A DNA stretch of 63,013 nt, the filler included, from Rhabdomonas costata (lineage: Eukaryota), in assembly GCA_019059605.1 (NCBI GenBank). It is 37 parts of 37 records of this genome, joined end to end, with 100 filler letters (N's around TTAATTAATTAA, not from the genome) between each part and the next. Parts side by side here need not be neighbours in the genome. Positions count along the whole stretch, not along the records: positions 51,192 to 52,795 come from JAHMHO010012179.1; positions 52,896 to 54,499 come from JAHMHO010012180.1; positions 54,600 to 56,202 come from JAHMHO010012181.1; positions 56,303 to 57,906 come from JAHMHO010012182.1; positions 58,007 to 59,610 come from JAHMHO010012183.1; positions 59,711 to 61,309 come from JAHMHO010012184.1; positions 61,410 to 63,013 come from JAHMHO010012185.1; 30 more parts are not named here. One strand, 5' to 3'. Every line of letters starts with the position of its first letter. The first letter of the stretch is position 1. The position numbers were made by a program, and so were the translations under genes. This document shows positions 51,565-63,013 of this stretch, piece after piece. The notes beneath the pieces are model-generated. The model was not told the DNA's origin. It saw nothing but the letters and a program-made list of their open reading frames with translations, and searched no databases.

Positions 51565-52764
51565 AACGGTGCCGGGCGGGTGCCCCTGGAGGTGGCTGCC
51601 CTGGAAACCCAACACGACGACACCGCTGTTGTGCTGCTGGGGCCTACTCTCGTCGAGAAGGCCGTGGAGATTAACACTGTCGTGGACATGGAGACGGGCT
51701 CCACCCTTATCCACATCACGGCTCTGCACAAAATGACCAAAACGACAGAGGCCCTTGCGAAAGCGGGTGCAGCCATGGGCATCAAGGTACGCACCACATC
51801 CCGAAAAGGACGGAAAATCCACAGTCTGAAGGCTCCTGGGAAGGAGAAAGCAGAGAATTCCCCGATGGACTCCGACTGTGTGTGTGTGTTGGAAACCGTT
51901 GAAGACTGGAGGAAGCCCATTGCCTCAGCACAATGCTCGCACTTTCCGATTATTGCCGGGGTACGGGGCAGCGCAGGCTCTGGTCTGTCCTATTTTTATT
52001 CTGCAGGTTTTCCGGTGGGTTTATATGGGACGTTGTCGGCTTCTGCTGAGATGTTTCTGCCGCCCTCCCCCCGCCTCCATCGACCGAGTTAGTTGCAGGG
52101 AGGGGAGGGGTGGGGGGTACGCTTTCGGGTTCGTAGTTAAGTCACTGCACACCTTTGAGGATGGGAGCGTTGAACACGGCCTGTGAGTTTCCGCTGGGCA
52201 ATGTCTCACCCGCACAGCCGCGATAGCAGTGCTCCTCCCACCACCACAGGCCGTCTGTCAGCCTGAGGAGGGGCAGTGAGGCGGTATGGAATAGCCAGCA
52301 GGGAGACGCGCAGCGAAGCGTTGTGGTGCTGCAATTGTGCATGGGCAGTGCCAAGGGGCCCATTGTGAGAGCACCTCCGCAAACACACATACACACACAC
52401 ACACCTCCCGAGCTTTTTAGACGCTACCGACTGCTCAGGTTAGCCTCCCCTCGCCTTTGAAGGGAGCCACATGCCTTTTTTTCGCCGACACGTGCTGCTG
52501 GGTCATTCCCTATTCCCTCTCTCGCTCATGCTGTGCTCGCAGAACAAAGCTGGGCGGGTGCCCCTGGAGGTAGCTGTCATGGAAGCCAAGAACGACGACG
52601 TAGCTGTGGTGTTGGTAGGACCCACTTTTGCCGAGAAGGCGATGGAGATCAACAATTTAGTCGCCTTGGAGACGGGCTCCACCCTTGTCCACCTCACCGC
52701 GGTGCACAAGATGCCGAAAACTACGGAAGCGCTTGTGAAAGTGGGCGCCGCTCTCAGCCTCAAG
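51565..52764 (+). CDS. Ankyrin-repeat protein, partial; duplicated 222-nt exons 51565-51786 and 52543-52764
   Basis: Each phase 0-0 exon encodes N.AGRVPLEVA...ETGSTL.H.TA.HKM.KTTEAL.K.GAA..[IL]K, about two ankyrin-like repeats. Confidence 0.85.
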
Positions 52765-54696
52765 GTGATCACCACCCCTCTCGACCCCCCCCCCCNNNNN
52801 NNNNNNNNNNNNNNNNNNNNNNNNNNNNNNNNNNNNNNNTTAATTAATTAANNNNNNNNNNNNNNNNNNNNNNNNNNNNNNNNNNNNNNNNNNNNGTGGG
52901 GGGGGTGTGGGAAACAGTAGCAGAACTGAGAAGTGATTCAAAGAGCGCTTGCTTCCACTGCCTGCGCTGTATGCTCCTGGGATACCTTCCTCGCTAACTT
53001 AACACCCAAAACACACCGGTCAAAAATTTTACAATACCCTGGCCTGATCACTTGGAAAGCTAAGAAGCTTCGTGAAAAATTCGCGATTATCTTTCCGATT
53101 TATCCTTCTTTGGGACATTTTCAAAAATATAAATTGAAAAGACAAACGCTAAAACAGAAAAGTCGGGAAGGAAGTATGTCCTTGATTCGACTCGCATCGG
53201 TCGACCTGCTGTCCATTTGGCGTTTTCACCACTTGACAGGCACATCCCTTTACGCCGACTCTAAACGTATCTGAAAGGACGATTACCCACCAGTGTGCAT
53301 CACTAGGAAATATCCAAGTTTAAGAAATCTACAAAGGAATATGTAAAGAGCAAGAGGAAGATCTGTCGCACCTTGCCCACACCCTCAATGACCGCCGAGG
53401 TCAGAGTGGATGGACTGGGGAAGGAGGACGAAGCCGACGTGGGCTGGAGGACCAAAGTTTCGCTCATTATGAGAATATAACGGGGCACACAAATGTTCCA
53501 AAATCAAGACGTAACTGCCGGGTATAGGAATCCTTGCGTCAGTGAGTTTATTTACGAGCGCAATTCGCCGCTATGAAGCTGTAAAGAACCGAAACATTAC
53601 CCCTTCCGTATCCTCCCCCGAAACCTCCCCAAACGAGGACAACAGGAGTCCCGCTCGGAAAATTCATACAAACAACTGCCCCGACCGATATTTCGCAATC
53701 ATGTAAGAAGCTCTTTCCACACGAGAAACGAGAAAGTGCCTAAAGAGTTGCCTAAAGAATGCGTTGAGTAAATCACCAAGGGAGTTGCACAACACCTCTA
53801 GAAACGACATTTTATTCTGGGAGCTACTACCCTAACCCCCTCCTCAGTGCCTCTTGGGCTTGATAATTGTACAGAGGGTCATCATGCCATCCAAGTGTGG
53901 GTTTCGTGCGGCCAACCGTCTCGTTTCGCCTTCGCCCACGCAACGCGGCTGACAGCGCTTGGGGACAAGACCATACGGAACTGTACGCAAGTTGAAGCGA
54001 GAGCGGCGCAGCGTCATTTTTGCGAGGGTGATCTCTGCGGAACTGCAACCACATGACAGCCACATAGAGAAAGTCCGTTCCCTATTGATGCACAAACAGT
54101 GTTCTGGGAATGACCTCCCGGGAGTAGTTCCGCTCGACCAGGCGCCGGACCATGTGCCCCTCTGCAGCCTGGAAGTCCACCTGGGTCCCTGTCGGGTGAA
54201 GAGCCAGCAGCCCCGTGACAAACCGCTCGCCGTCCTCGAAGATCCTCCGAGCGATCACCATGGTGCCTTCGGCGGACACCAACAATCAACCATAACGCCA
54301 CGAATGGCATGTTCATTCATCACTGGTATATTCTCTATATTTAAACTGGTCTCAGCCCCACCCAAGCAATTCGGCAACCTCTTTTCCCGGCTAATGGTTT
54401 TAATTTTACTGACTTGAATCACATACCGATCGCTCAAAGTCCGGCGCAGCACAGATGCAAATAAGGCTGGTAACACCCCCACCAACCACACCCACCACAN
54501 NNNNNNNNNNNNNNNNNNNNNNNNNNNNNNNNNNNNNNNNNNNTTAATTAATTAANNNNNNNNNNNNNNNNNNNNNNNNNNNNNNNNNNNNNNNNNNNNG
54601 GGGGGGTGTGGGACGAGCACCTGGGGCCCGTGGGTACGGGCCTTTCTGAGCGCGGGAGCTCGGAGACTACCCCTCCCCCCCCAAAGTGCATCGCAC

Positions 54697-54891
54697 CTCT
54701 GATCCCGTACCGAAGACGACCTTCTTCACGGCCACCTTGGGGGCTCCGGGGGTTGTGGTGTTTTCCGCAGCCCATACCCGGCCGTAGGTGCCCTCGCCAC
54801 GCAACTCCCCCAGACGGTACTGTGGCAGTCCAAAGCGCTCCAGCTGACTCTGCGCGTGTGATCGCTGGATACACGCTAAGGAGGTAGTCAT
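54697..54891 (-). CDS. Ser/Thr protein kinase N-lobe exon (CMGC-like); 5' boundary uncertain
   Basis: QYRLGELRGEGTYGRVWAA...KVAVKKV gives the GxGxYG loop and the VAVK lysine; GT donor at 54696. Confidence 0.88.
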
Positions 54892-56302
54892 CTGGGGGAT
54901 TGGGGTGGCACGAACCGTTTGTAGGGTGTGTGAATGGGTGAAACGGAAGACTACTGTAGGGATCTATGGATATGGCAGGGCCGCCGGAAGGCCGCAAGGG
55001 GGGGGGTGGCAAAGAGAAGGGAAGAGGAAGATAGGGAAAAGGGCTCAAAAGGAAGGGAGCAGAAAAGAAAGTGCTACACTACAAAAATACAGACGGATCG
55101 GCAGAAGCGAGCTGAGAAAGCTCGATTGCAAAAGGCCCAATCTGATTGTAAAAAGGGTATTGATTCACGATTTTTCGGCCTATCCGTCACCGGAACTCCT
55201 CCCGAAGATATAGGAGGCTTTACATTAAGTAATTGTTTGGGCATCACCAACCCCACTCGTCTGCGGGTTTCCTCTTTTCCCTGCCAAAAAACAATTTTGC
55301 TCCCAAAATTTGGCCACCTTTTTTTACACTGAAAACCAAATCTGGGATTCTTGTGGTGGCTGTGCAAAGCATACACTTCCCCCTTTCCCCATGAAGTCAA
55401 TGTTGTTTCACAATGGGCACTTAACGTAACATAAAAATCAAATTGATCCAATGGGGAAAGGGGGGGAGTGAGTTGGGGAACAATTGACCCTCGAAAGCGC
55501 ATTTTAAAATCGAGCGTTGTCAGCTGTCGGGCACCCTAGGAGCATGACGATATGCCAGCCAACATTGCTTCTCGGTAAGCTCCTTCAGGGGAACGTTGAC
55601 AGCGGCATAGCGAAGCCTTAACATGTTGCTCTTGAGGCCCCGGCAACAGACGGAATTTTGCAACTCTTGAGGTCACCAAACCACTCCAGCCGAAACTTTC
55701 GCGAACAAACTATGCCCCGGTGAGGTACGGGGGACGAATCGTCGAGCATCCCCCCAAGTATTACGAGATTCAAAATCGAAATTGGGAAAGAAAAAACTCA
55801 GACAATACAGTTGAAACGGAGAGCGGCAAGTCAGGGACAGACGGCACGTGCTAAAAGTATGCGGAAAGTGTGACCCCAGAGGTGACACAGCAACAAAAAA
55901 AACTCAGCAGGAACGTGAGACCATTCTTTCCTCATAAACCTGCGGAGCTGATGCGACAGAAATCCCCCTTCCCACTACTCATTGTCTCCATCTGTCCTCA
56001 TGTCGTCAACAGGCTCAGCCGCGGACTCCCCACGCAGAAGAGCCTGGATGTCCTCAACCATGCCAGAAAGGTATCCCCGTACGGTATCCACGTTGTTCGG
56101 GTCACAGCGGCCTTTGTCCACATCATCCTCAAACTGATCGACGTAGGGTTCCCCATCGAATTCCTTGGGTGGTGGGCGTGGCAGAGGCACAAAAAACCAG
56201 CANNNNNNNNNNNNNNNNNNNNNNNNNNNNNNNNNNNNNNNNNNNNTTAATTAATTAANNNNNNNNNNNNNNNNNNNNNNNNNNNNNNNNNNNNNNNNNN
56301 NN

Positions 56303-57906
56303 GTGTGGGGGGGAGTTGAAGAAGTAGTGGTCGTGGGCACGGTGCAAGCGGTTGATCTCGGTAAACCGAGTCCATGTTAGTGGGGCCCGTCCACCACCAT
56401 CCGGGGTGAGCAGGCTCGCCGAGGATGAGTAGAACTCCGTCTCATCGGCGGAGAGCTTCAGCCGCAGCGCCACGGAGACCTGAAGCACGAAGAGCAGCAC
56501 CGCGGCGACCAGGGCGGGAACCCCAATGACAAGCACGAGGGGTAACAGCAGGTCCACGGATGACGAAGAGGTGGTGGTGGTCGTGGTCGTGGAAGCGGTG
56601 CCAGACCGCGGGGCGAGAAGGCAGAGCAAAGCGGTCCAGGAGGAGGGCTGGTCGGGCCCAGGGGTAATACCAATGGAGTGGTATCCAGAACCGCCCCCTG
56701 TGGGACACACCATTGCAATCACTACTGAGTTCCCAGCGGTACAATCAACACGGAGTTATGGTCCAACTATTGTGCACGCTTGGGGCTCCAATGTTCACAC
56801 AGGGGCTCACGGACATGAATGACCAATGAAAAAATAGAGGTCGAGGGACACAAAGGAACTTTGGAAGAGGGGGTGCCGATTTGACAAAAGGGAGGTCGAA
56901 AATATGGGAAGGACATCACCATGTCATGATCATACGCGAAAAAAAAAAAAGGTGCGTCTTCCGTTTGCCAAGTGTGTGTATCTCAGCAAGAAAAGATGCC
57001 TCCAGAATTGCTCACATTCTGGCAGGTTCCTAATTAGCTTGTCACGTGTTTTTGGGCAAACGGCTCCATATATTCCAACCGAATCTTTCAATGGGAACAC
57101 CGAATGTTGATTTATTTGTGGGGGGGGAAAAGGCCAGGAGAATCCCCGAATCCATCACTTCCCCCACCGCTCCACACTGCCGTGACCTCGAAGGATGCCG
57201 CAGCCGCTCCAAACCACCAGCTCCACATCCTCCATGCTGACGTTAGCCATACCCACCTCTCCTGCACCTCGCCGCAACAGCGGGAGTGGAGCCGTCGCTG
57301 GACTCTGCGCCTCGCAGGCCACTGTTGCTGCCACAGCGGTGGCCGACCCCTGAGCCACGCAGGACTGCGTGGAGGTGCTCACAACCGACCCCGATGTCCC
57401 GTACACACTCCACACTACTGAGGAGTCCATCCACACAGCAGTCGCCTGTGCAGCAGAAGTCACAGCGGAGCGGAGCAGCGCAGAGAGGCTCACAAACACC
57501 CCGACTTGAACCCCGGCGAACTCCGGGCCGGGGTCTACGGTCAACGAGACGAGGCTGCCAAAGCCGGCACTCCCGGAAAAGGCAAATGGGGTGGACCACG
57601 GCCCCCATGTGGTGGTCCAGCCCTCACTGTCAATCCCAGTCCACGTCGTCCACGAGCCTTGGGGTCGCAGTGCCTTCTGCCCGAGAACCACGGTGTACCT
57701 TCCCAAGGCCCGGCCAACGGCACTGCCCAGCCAGGCATCGCAGGTGCCATTGTCACTGCTCATCTTTCGCGCGGTTGCACTGCGGAGGAAGACCACAACC
57801 ATACACCCAGCGGGGTGGCTGATCCCCACCCCTGCCGCGGAGTAGGCCTCTGGAGAGACAGCCAGGCCCTGGCACGCCGTGAGGGCTACCGCCTGGGCCT
57901 CGTCCC
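56303..57906 (-). CDS. Single-pass (type I-like) membrane or surface protein, partial; two large exons
   Basis: Open frame ~57180-57906, then ~56303-56730 with a Thr/Ser stalk (TASTTTTTTTSSSS) and a hydrophobic segment LLLPLVLVIGVPALVAAVLLFVL. Confidence 0.65.
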
Positions 57907-60052
57907 NNNNNNNNNNNNNNNNNNNNNNNNNNNNNNNNNNNNNNNNNNNNTTAATTAATTAANNNNNNNNNNNNNNNNNNNNNNNNNNNNNNNNNNNNNN
58001 NNNNNNGGGTGGTTGTGAAGGCGCGGTCCTGTTGGCGTTCTGGTTCCGGGCGGGGTTTGTGGTCTGTTTCACAGATACTACTTCATCGTGTTCCTGGAAG
58101 CCTACGAAAAGGAGCTTGCCATGAATGCCCGAAGGCGGGAACGCATGACCTCATCAAGCGGATCCTAGTCAAGTGACTTGTTTTTTCTGCAGTGGTGTGA
58201 AAACTGTTCGCATCACTATGAGCCACTTGCGCAGGTTTGCTTGTGTGCCACGTGCGGCTTGCGGCCTGCGCATCTGTGCCGCTGAGAAATTTAGCTCTAA
58301 ATAGTGTCAAAAGAGGCTGGCAAACTGGGTGAAGGGTGAAGTGAAGCACGCTGTGAACGGGTGTCCTGCATCCTCATACATCCCCAATTTACCAGTGTTG
58401 TGACTGTGAAATTACGGTATCGGTATCGTGGTATACCGAGAGCGAGTGTCTATGTTCCAAGTGCATCAATGGGTTTGTGTTCATGACGCTCGTGCCGTAC
58501 CGCGAGGAGCGGCGCTTGGAGTGCGACAGTGCCATCTGCGCACGTAATGACCCAACTGAAGGACACGGTAAAAATGTGCACCGTCAGGTCAGAAGTGAGA
58601 ACTCGATCAAGCTTAAGGAAAAGTCCCCATTAGAGCTACCAGGCAGTGAAAAAGTGTTTTTAAACTACTTTTTCGTCCGATATCGCAAATTTTTATAAAC
58701 TGCGAGCAAAGCATCTCATATTTGAGGTGACGTGCGCGTGTGTAGTGAGTATTCTCCTGGTAGACCACAACATGTAAGGTTTGTCCAAATCTCGAGGGAC
58801 CCGACAGCCCCAAACCCGCGCTCCGTTGCCGAAGGCTTTGCTGGCAAGCGGTAAGATATGGTTCTATTGGAAGTTGCACCAGAGTTTCCGATATCAGTTT
58901 TTTATCAGCTTCAAGTGTTTTTCTTTCTCGACAGTCGCCTTGGCCTCCTCGCTCCCCTTCCGATTCTTTTTGTTTGCCATGCTTTTGTTCGCGTCGGGGT
59001 GGTCTCCAGTTCTGATAGTTGGGGGAAGCATGCATACAGGAGTCTAACATTGTGGTTGATTTTGCCTTTCACAGGTGTGTCTGATGACCCTTGGCGGCCA
59101 CCTTCGGCTTCGCGTTGCTGTACTTGGAGTGAAAAAGGGCCGTTTAATCGACGTCCTTCTCTCTCATTCTTCTTTCTTGAATTCCGCCACTTATCCCTCT
59201 CTCCCCTGTCTGCTGAGCAAGTGCCTGTACATCCCCAGAAATAATGCATCGCTCCCGCTGCTGCTGTACTTGTAGTTCCTTAATTGTTCCCTTCTGTGAC
59301 ATTGAGAGTTGGGATGTGCAAGCCATATATTGATGCTTCAACTTCGTTTTTGTAACTGAATCTGCAATTGCGAAAGAGAAGGCAGAACTGTCCGAAACAC
59401 ACTAGGGTATGCGCATCAGTCCAGAAGTTCTACCATGCAAATACAACCCAAATGGGTGGATGGGACGTGAGGTACGAGAAAAAGAAAAAACGAGGGCCGG
59501 AAGGAAACGGAAAAGCAGCAGGCGACATGCCCTACTTTCCGTTCTGTGGAAAAGCGCGATATGCACGTGAAAGGTTGAACGCAGCAGAGAGCGAAAAAAT
59601 ACTTAGCAAANNNNNNNNNNNNNNNNNNNNNNNNNNNNNNNNNNNNNNNNNNNNTTAATTAATTAANNNNNNNNNNNNNNNNNNNNNNNNNNNNNNNNNN
59701 NNNNNNNNNNGTTTTTTGGGTCAGGTGAACAAAAGTGCCGGAGATCGGATTTTTTGCGAGCCCCTTACATCGAGTTATTGAGCGGTTGCAAATCTCTTCG
59801 TCCGCAGGATGGGGGAGGGGTCGAGAATCCGTCTTTAGGTTGCGGGAAAAGATAAAAGGAAGAAGTTTGTGTGCGTTTCACCAATCGTGAAGACTGGTGA
59901 GTGGTGGGACAATGTGTGAGGATGCTTCTGTCATGTGTGCGAGAGACCTATATTCTGATATTCTGTGCTGTGCTGCAGAGAGTACTGGTGTTGGATGGGT
60001 TGTTGGGGGCTGAGGTAGCGGGGTGATCTTTCTTGTTTTGCAATTTTCACAG

Positions 60053-60726
60053 GACGAGCTCCGTGGGGTGCGGGTCACTGCACGTGCGATGGACATCGAT
60101 GGCCCGGAGACCCTGACGAGCTTTACAAAGGCCTTGGAGGAAGGCGAGAGTCGGGAGAAGGCCCAGTGCGTGCACCCCGCTCCTCCCCTTAACCACACGC
60201 CCTGACCCTAAACGTGTTGAGCATGGGAATATGGGTGTTTTTTGGTATCCTCCTGTTGTGTGATTCCATTGAGAGTCGACCCGAAGATATACTGCAAAGA
60301 CTGATATAAGAGAGAGATTCAGGGAATACAATTAGATTTTCTTCCCAGACACGTACAGCGCGTACAGACTGCAGGGGTGCCAATCATGCTCATAAAACCG
60401 GACAAGGTTGATCCAGCCGGTGGAGGCCTGGCCATCTGTGTGGTGTGGAGCCGTGCTTTCTCACGGGTTCCCCGGTCGGCCTTGTCTTCTACTGAACTCA
60501 CACACACTCGCTTTCACCAAGAATCAAAACAAACAGGTGGGAATATAATTTGCAACTCGGTGGCTTGCTTTGCCCTCCCTTCTCTTCCCTTCCCTTCCCT
60601 TCCTCCGCTCTTCGCGGTAGGTACTGTGTGGTGGTGAATTTCAACGCGGAGATGTGCCACCTTCCCCGCCGCACCGACGGTGGGGATTATGGGCTGGTGC
60701 TAGGCTTCCACAAGTCCTCTCAGACC
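60053..60726 (+). CDS. Phytochelatin-synthase-like (papain-fold) domain, partial; exons 60053-60165 and 60621-60726
   Basis: Phase-2 join gives VTARAMDIDGPETLTSFTKALEEGESREKAQYCVVVNFNAEMCHLPRRTDGGDYGLVLGFHKSSQT, resembling PCS (T...F......vvNf.......GGHFsp.g.Y...sd). Confidence 0.55.
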
Positions 60727-62031
60727 GTACGCATCCCCCCCCTCCCTCTTCCTTTTTCCTGCAGTCTAATTAGAGCATGGGAGATGTGCAGGGGTATCTC
60801 TGCGCAGGGTTGAATTCCTACTGGGCAGAGGACAGGGTATGTCCTGCTTCACTGCCTGTCCCCACGGGAGGTCCGTTGCTGTGTTACCACCACGTCCCGG
60901 CGAACGAAGTGAAATACTCGATGCGAAGGGATTCGAGGGATAATGCAATATATTGCATGAGTGCGTCGCCTCACAAGGCACAGATGATAACGACTTTCGA
61001 ATGTCTGAGGCAGCCTTCCCTTTGTCGGCAGTACTTTTTGCCCTCCACACGATCCCTCCCTCACTCTCACTCTCATACTCGTGCGAATAACCCTCCCCCA
61101 CCTCAACCACAGCCCCAGTTCATCAATTATCACGTTAGCCCAAACCTCGCACACCCAGAACCCGACCCATCCTCCGATTTCAGATGCGAAGCATCTCACA
61201 AGTCGACCTCCACCCCACAATCCCGAAGAGCGCCCCAGGCAGGCTGGGTCGAAACGCCAGGCACAGACATCAGATCATTCAGCTGCTCAACTCACAGTTC
61301 ACTCCTTTCNNNNNNNNNNNNNNNNNNNNNNNNNNNNNNNNNNNNNNNNNNNNTTAATTAATTAANNNNNNNNNNNNNNNNNNNNNNNNNNNNNNNNNNN
61401 NNNNNNNNNGGGGTGTGGGCTGGAGAGCCACGGCATCGGAGTTCCCATGAAGGTTGGGTTTGTATTGGTATTATAGGCTATGAACCTTATGGAGGGGCAC
61501 AGTAGTAAATGAACATTCCTGTCGTACGTCACTTGTCCGTTATTTCGTTCGACGCGATTTATAGAAAGCGATCTTACCACTGACAGGCACGGAAAGGGGC
61601 ACCACTGGAACCTTGATATGTGGCTGGTTCACTGGAAACCCAAAAATTTGCAAGCGTCCATGTATGGTGCCGAAGAAGTGGACATCCAGTGCGTTCCACC
61701 TGTTTCGAGGTTTTATGGGAAGAATGGATTTCAAACTTTTGACATAAATGCATCGCGGACTTGATCCAGCGTGTGGACAGTCGGAGGTGGGGAGTGGTTG
61801 TTAAACACCGGTTGGATACCGGTATTCCGCCACCACACAGGGCTTACCGTTGGCTTTGGGAAGAAAAAGGATGCCAAAGTCAGACCGGTGATGTTTGTCG
61901 TACTGGGTATTGTCATTGCTGAGCACTCCCATTTTAGTGTGCAAGCCGACCACCGGGAATACAGGCTGCTTTCCACACGGTTGTTTTGTGTGTTTAGAGT
62001 ATTACGTCGTGGGGCATTCTCCCTCATTCAG

Positions 62032-63004
62032 TATCATGGGGACGGAGTTCTACTCCGTCAATGCCACCACCTACCTGCCGATCTTCACCAAGATGACGTC
62101 GTTCGATCCCAAGGGCGATGGGATGACCAGCGCGGCCATGCCGAGCGGGTCGTATTCCCGTGGAATCAGCTCGAACTTCCGCTCCAGTCCCAGCAACATG
62201 TTCAATCCTGGATACTCCGAAGTGTACATCACTGCGCAGCGCGCCATCATGGTCGCGGTGACCGTGTGCATGCTGGGCGATCGCGGGGAGTGTGTGGGGC
62301 AGGTAAGCAAGGTGATTCTGCTGAAGTTCCTGGGGGACTTCCTGCGCAGCCTAGTGGCGCAGAGCAACCTGCTGTCGATGGGAGGCCGTGCGTTCAGCTA
62401 CCAGCCGCAGGGCAACATCACTGGGGCGAGCCACGGCAGCTTCTACGTTGTCGTGGGCACCGTTGTGCGACGGCTTTGCGTGTGGGAGAGCGACGACGCG
62501 GTCACTGCGAAGGCTGGTGAGCTTTTGCTTCCCAGCCTGCTGGGTTCAAGCAGCGGTGTCTGTCCCTATCTCTGCATCCGTGCGTTGCTGTGGTTTGTCC
62601 TGATTTCGCTGTCGCAGTACTGCTTGAGAGGCTGATTGTACCGTTTTTCTGAACTTTGGTTGGAATGGATGGCCAAAGTCCAGGCAACCCAATGGCTCTG
62701 TGCTGGAGAAGGGGAGCATTTAGTTTCGTTGGGAAAGTTCCAATTAAAAAGCAAATCACGGGGAAGGATGATCGCAGCACGAAGCTGCTGTTCGGCAAGG
62801 GTGTACTTTGCTGGTCTCACCCATATACTCTCCGCTCCTCAGGGCCCGCGGTGTCAAATGCGACGATCAAGTTCAGCTTCACCCTTGCCGGGGAGGAGTA
62901 CGACCACATCGGGCAAGCCATGGCCCTGCCCTACGGGCTGGTGTGGCGGGTCAGTGTGGTGATCTCCCTGACTCAGCTCTTCGCGGACATCAACGCGGCG
63001 GCAA
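62032..63004 (+). CDS. Cache-like extracellular sensor region (receptor cyclase/kinase type), partial; exons 62032-62516 and 62843-end
   Basis: ILLKFLGDFLRSL...GRAFSYQPQGNITGASHG and YGLVWRVSVVISLTQLFADI resemble dCache C-terminal motifs; phase-1 intron. Confidence 0.6.
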
Positions 63005-63013
63005 CCCAAAACC

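Overview
This window is not contiguous DNA. It is about 37 unrelated ~1.6 kb contigs joined by 36 artificial 100-nt linkers (N-run + TTAATTAATTAA + N-run), so nothing can be inferred from adjacency across linkers. Contig 5' ends are mostly G/T-only and 3' ends A/C-only, which suggests whole-genome amplification with K-random primers. Most contigs are intron-rich nuclear DNA of a flagellated eukaryote, probably euglenozoan (inferred from gene families and exon style). Spliced fragments include a kinesin, an SR-type RRM, IST1, an EPL1-domain protein, a VWA/Vwaint protein, a PTGR-type oxidoreductase, RIB43A, CPSF73, ankyrin repeats, a CMGC kinase, BMP- and Cache-type sensor domains, a phytochelatin-synthase-like domain and exon-encoded 6-Cys modules. 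There are two decayed Ty3/Gypsy pol fragments, a DIRS-like RNase H relic and a short bacterial hypC/degP chimera. The most unusual signal is in two contigs of distinct composition (18749-20352, 39261-40865). They carry tightly packed, short, indel-disrupted pieces resembling several mitochondrial genes (cox2, atp6, cob, nad4/nad2, nad3, nad7, nad1, cox1) on both strands. This is either a fragmented, possibly edited mitochondrial genome or scrambled relics. All protein identifications are by-eye motif recognition; no database searches were run.
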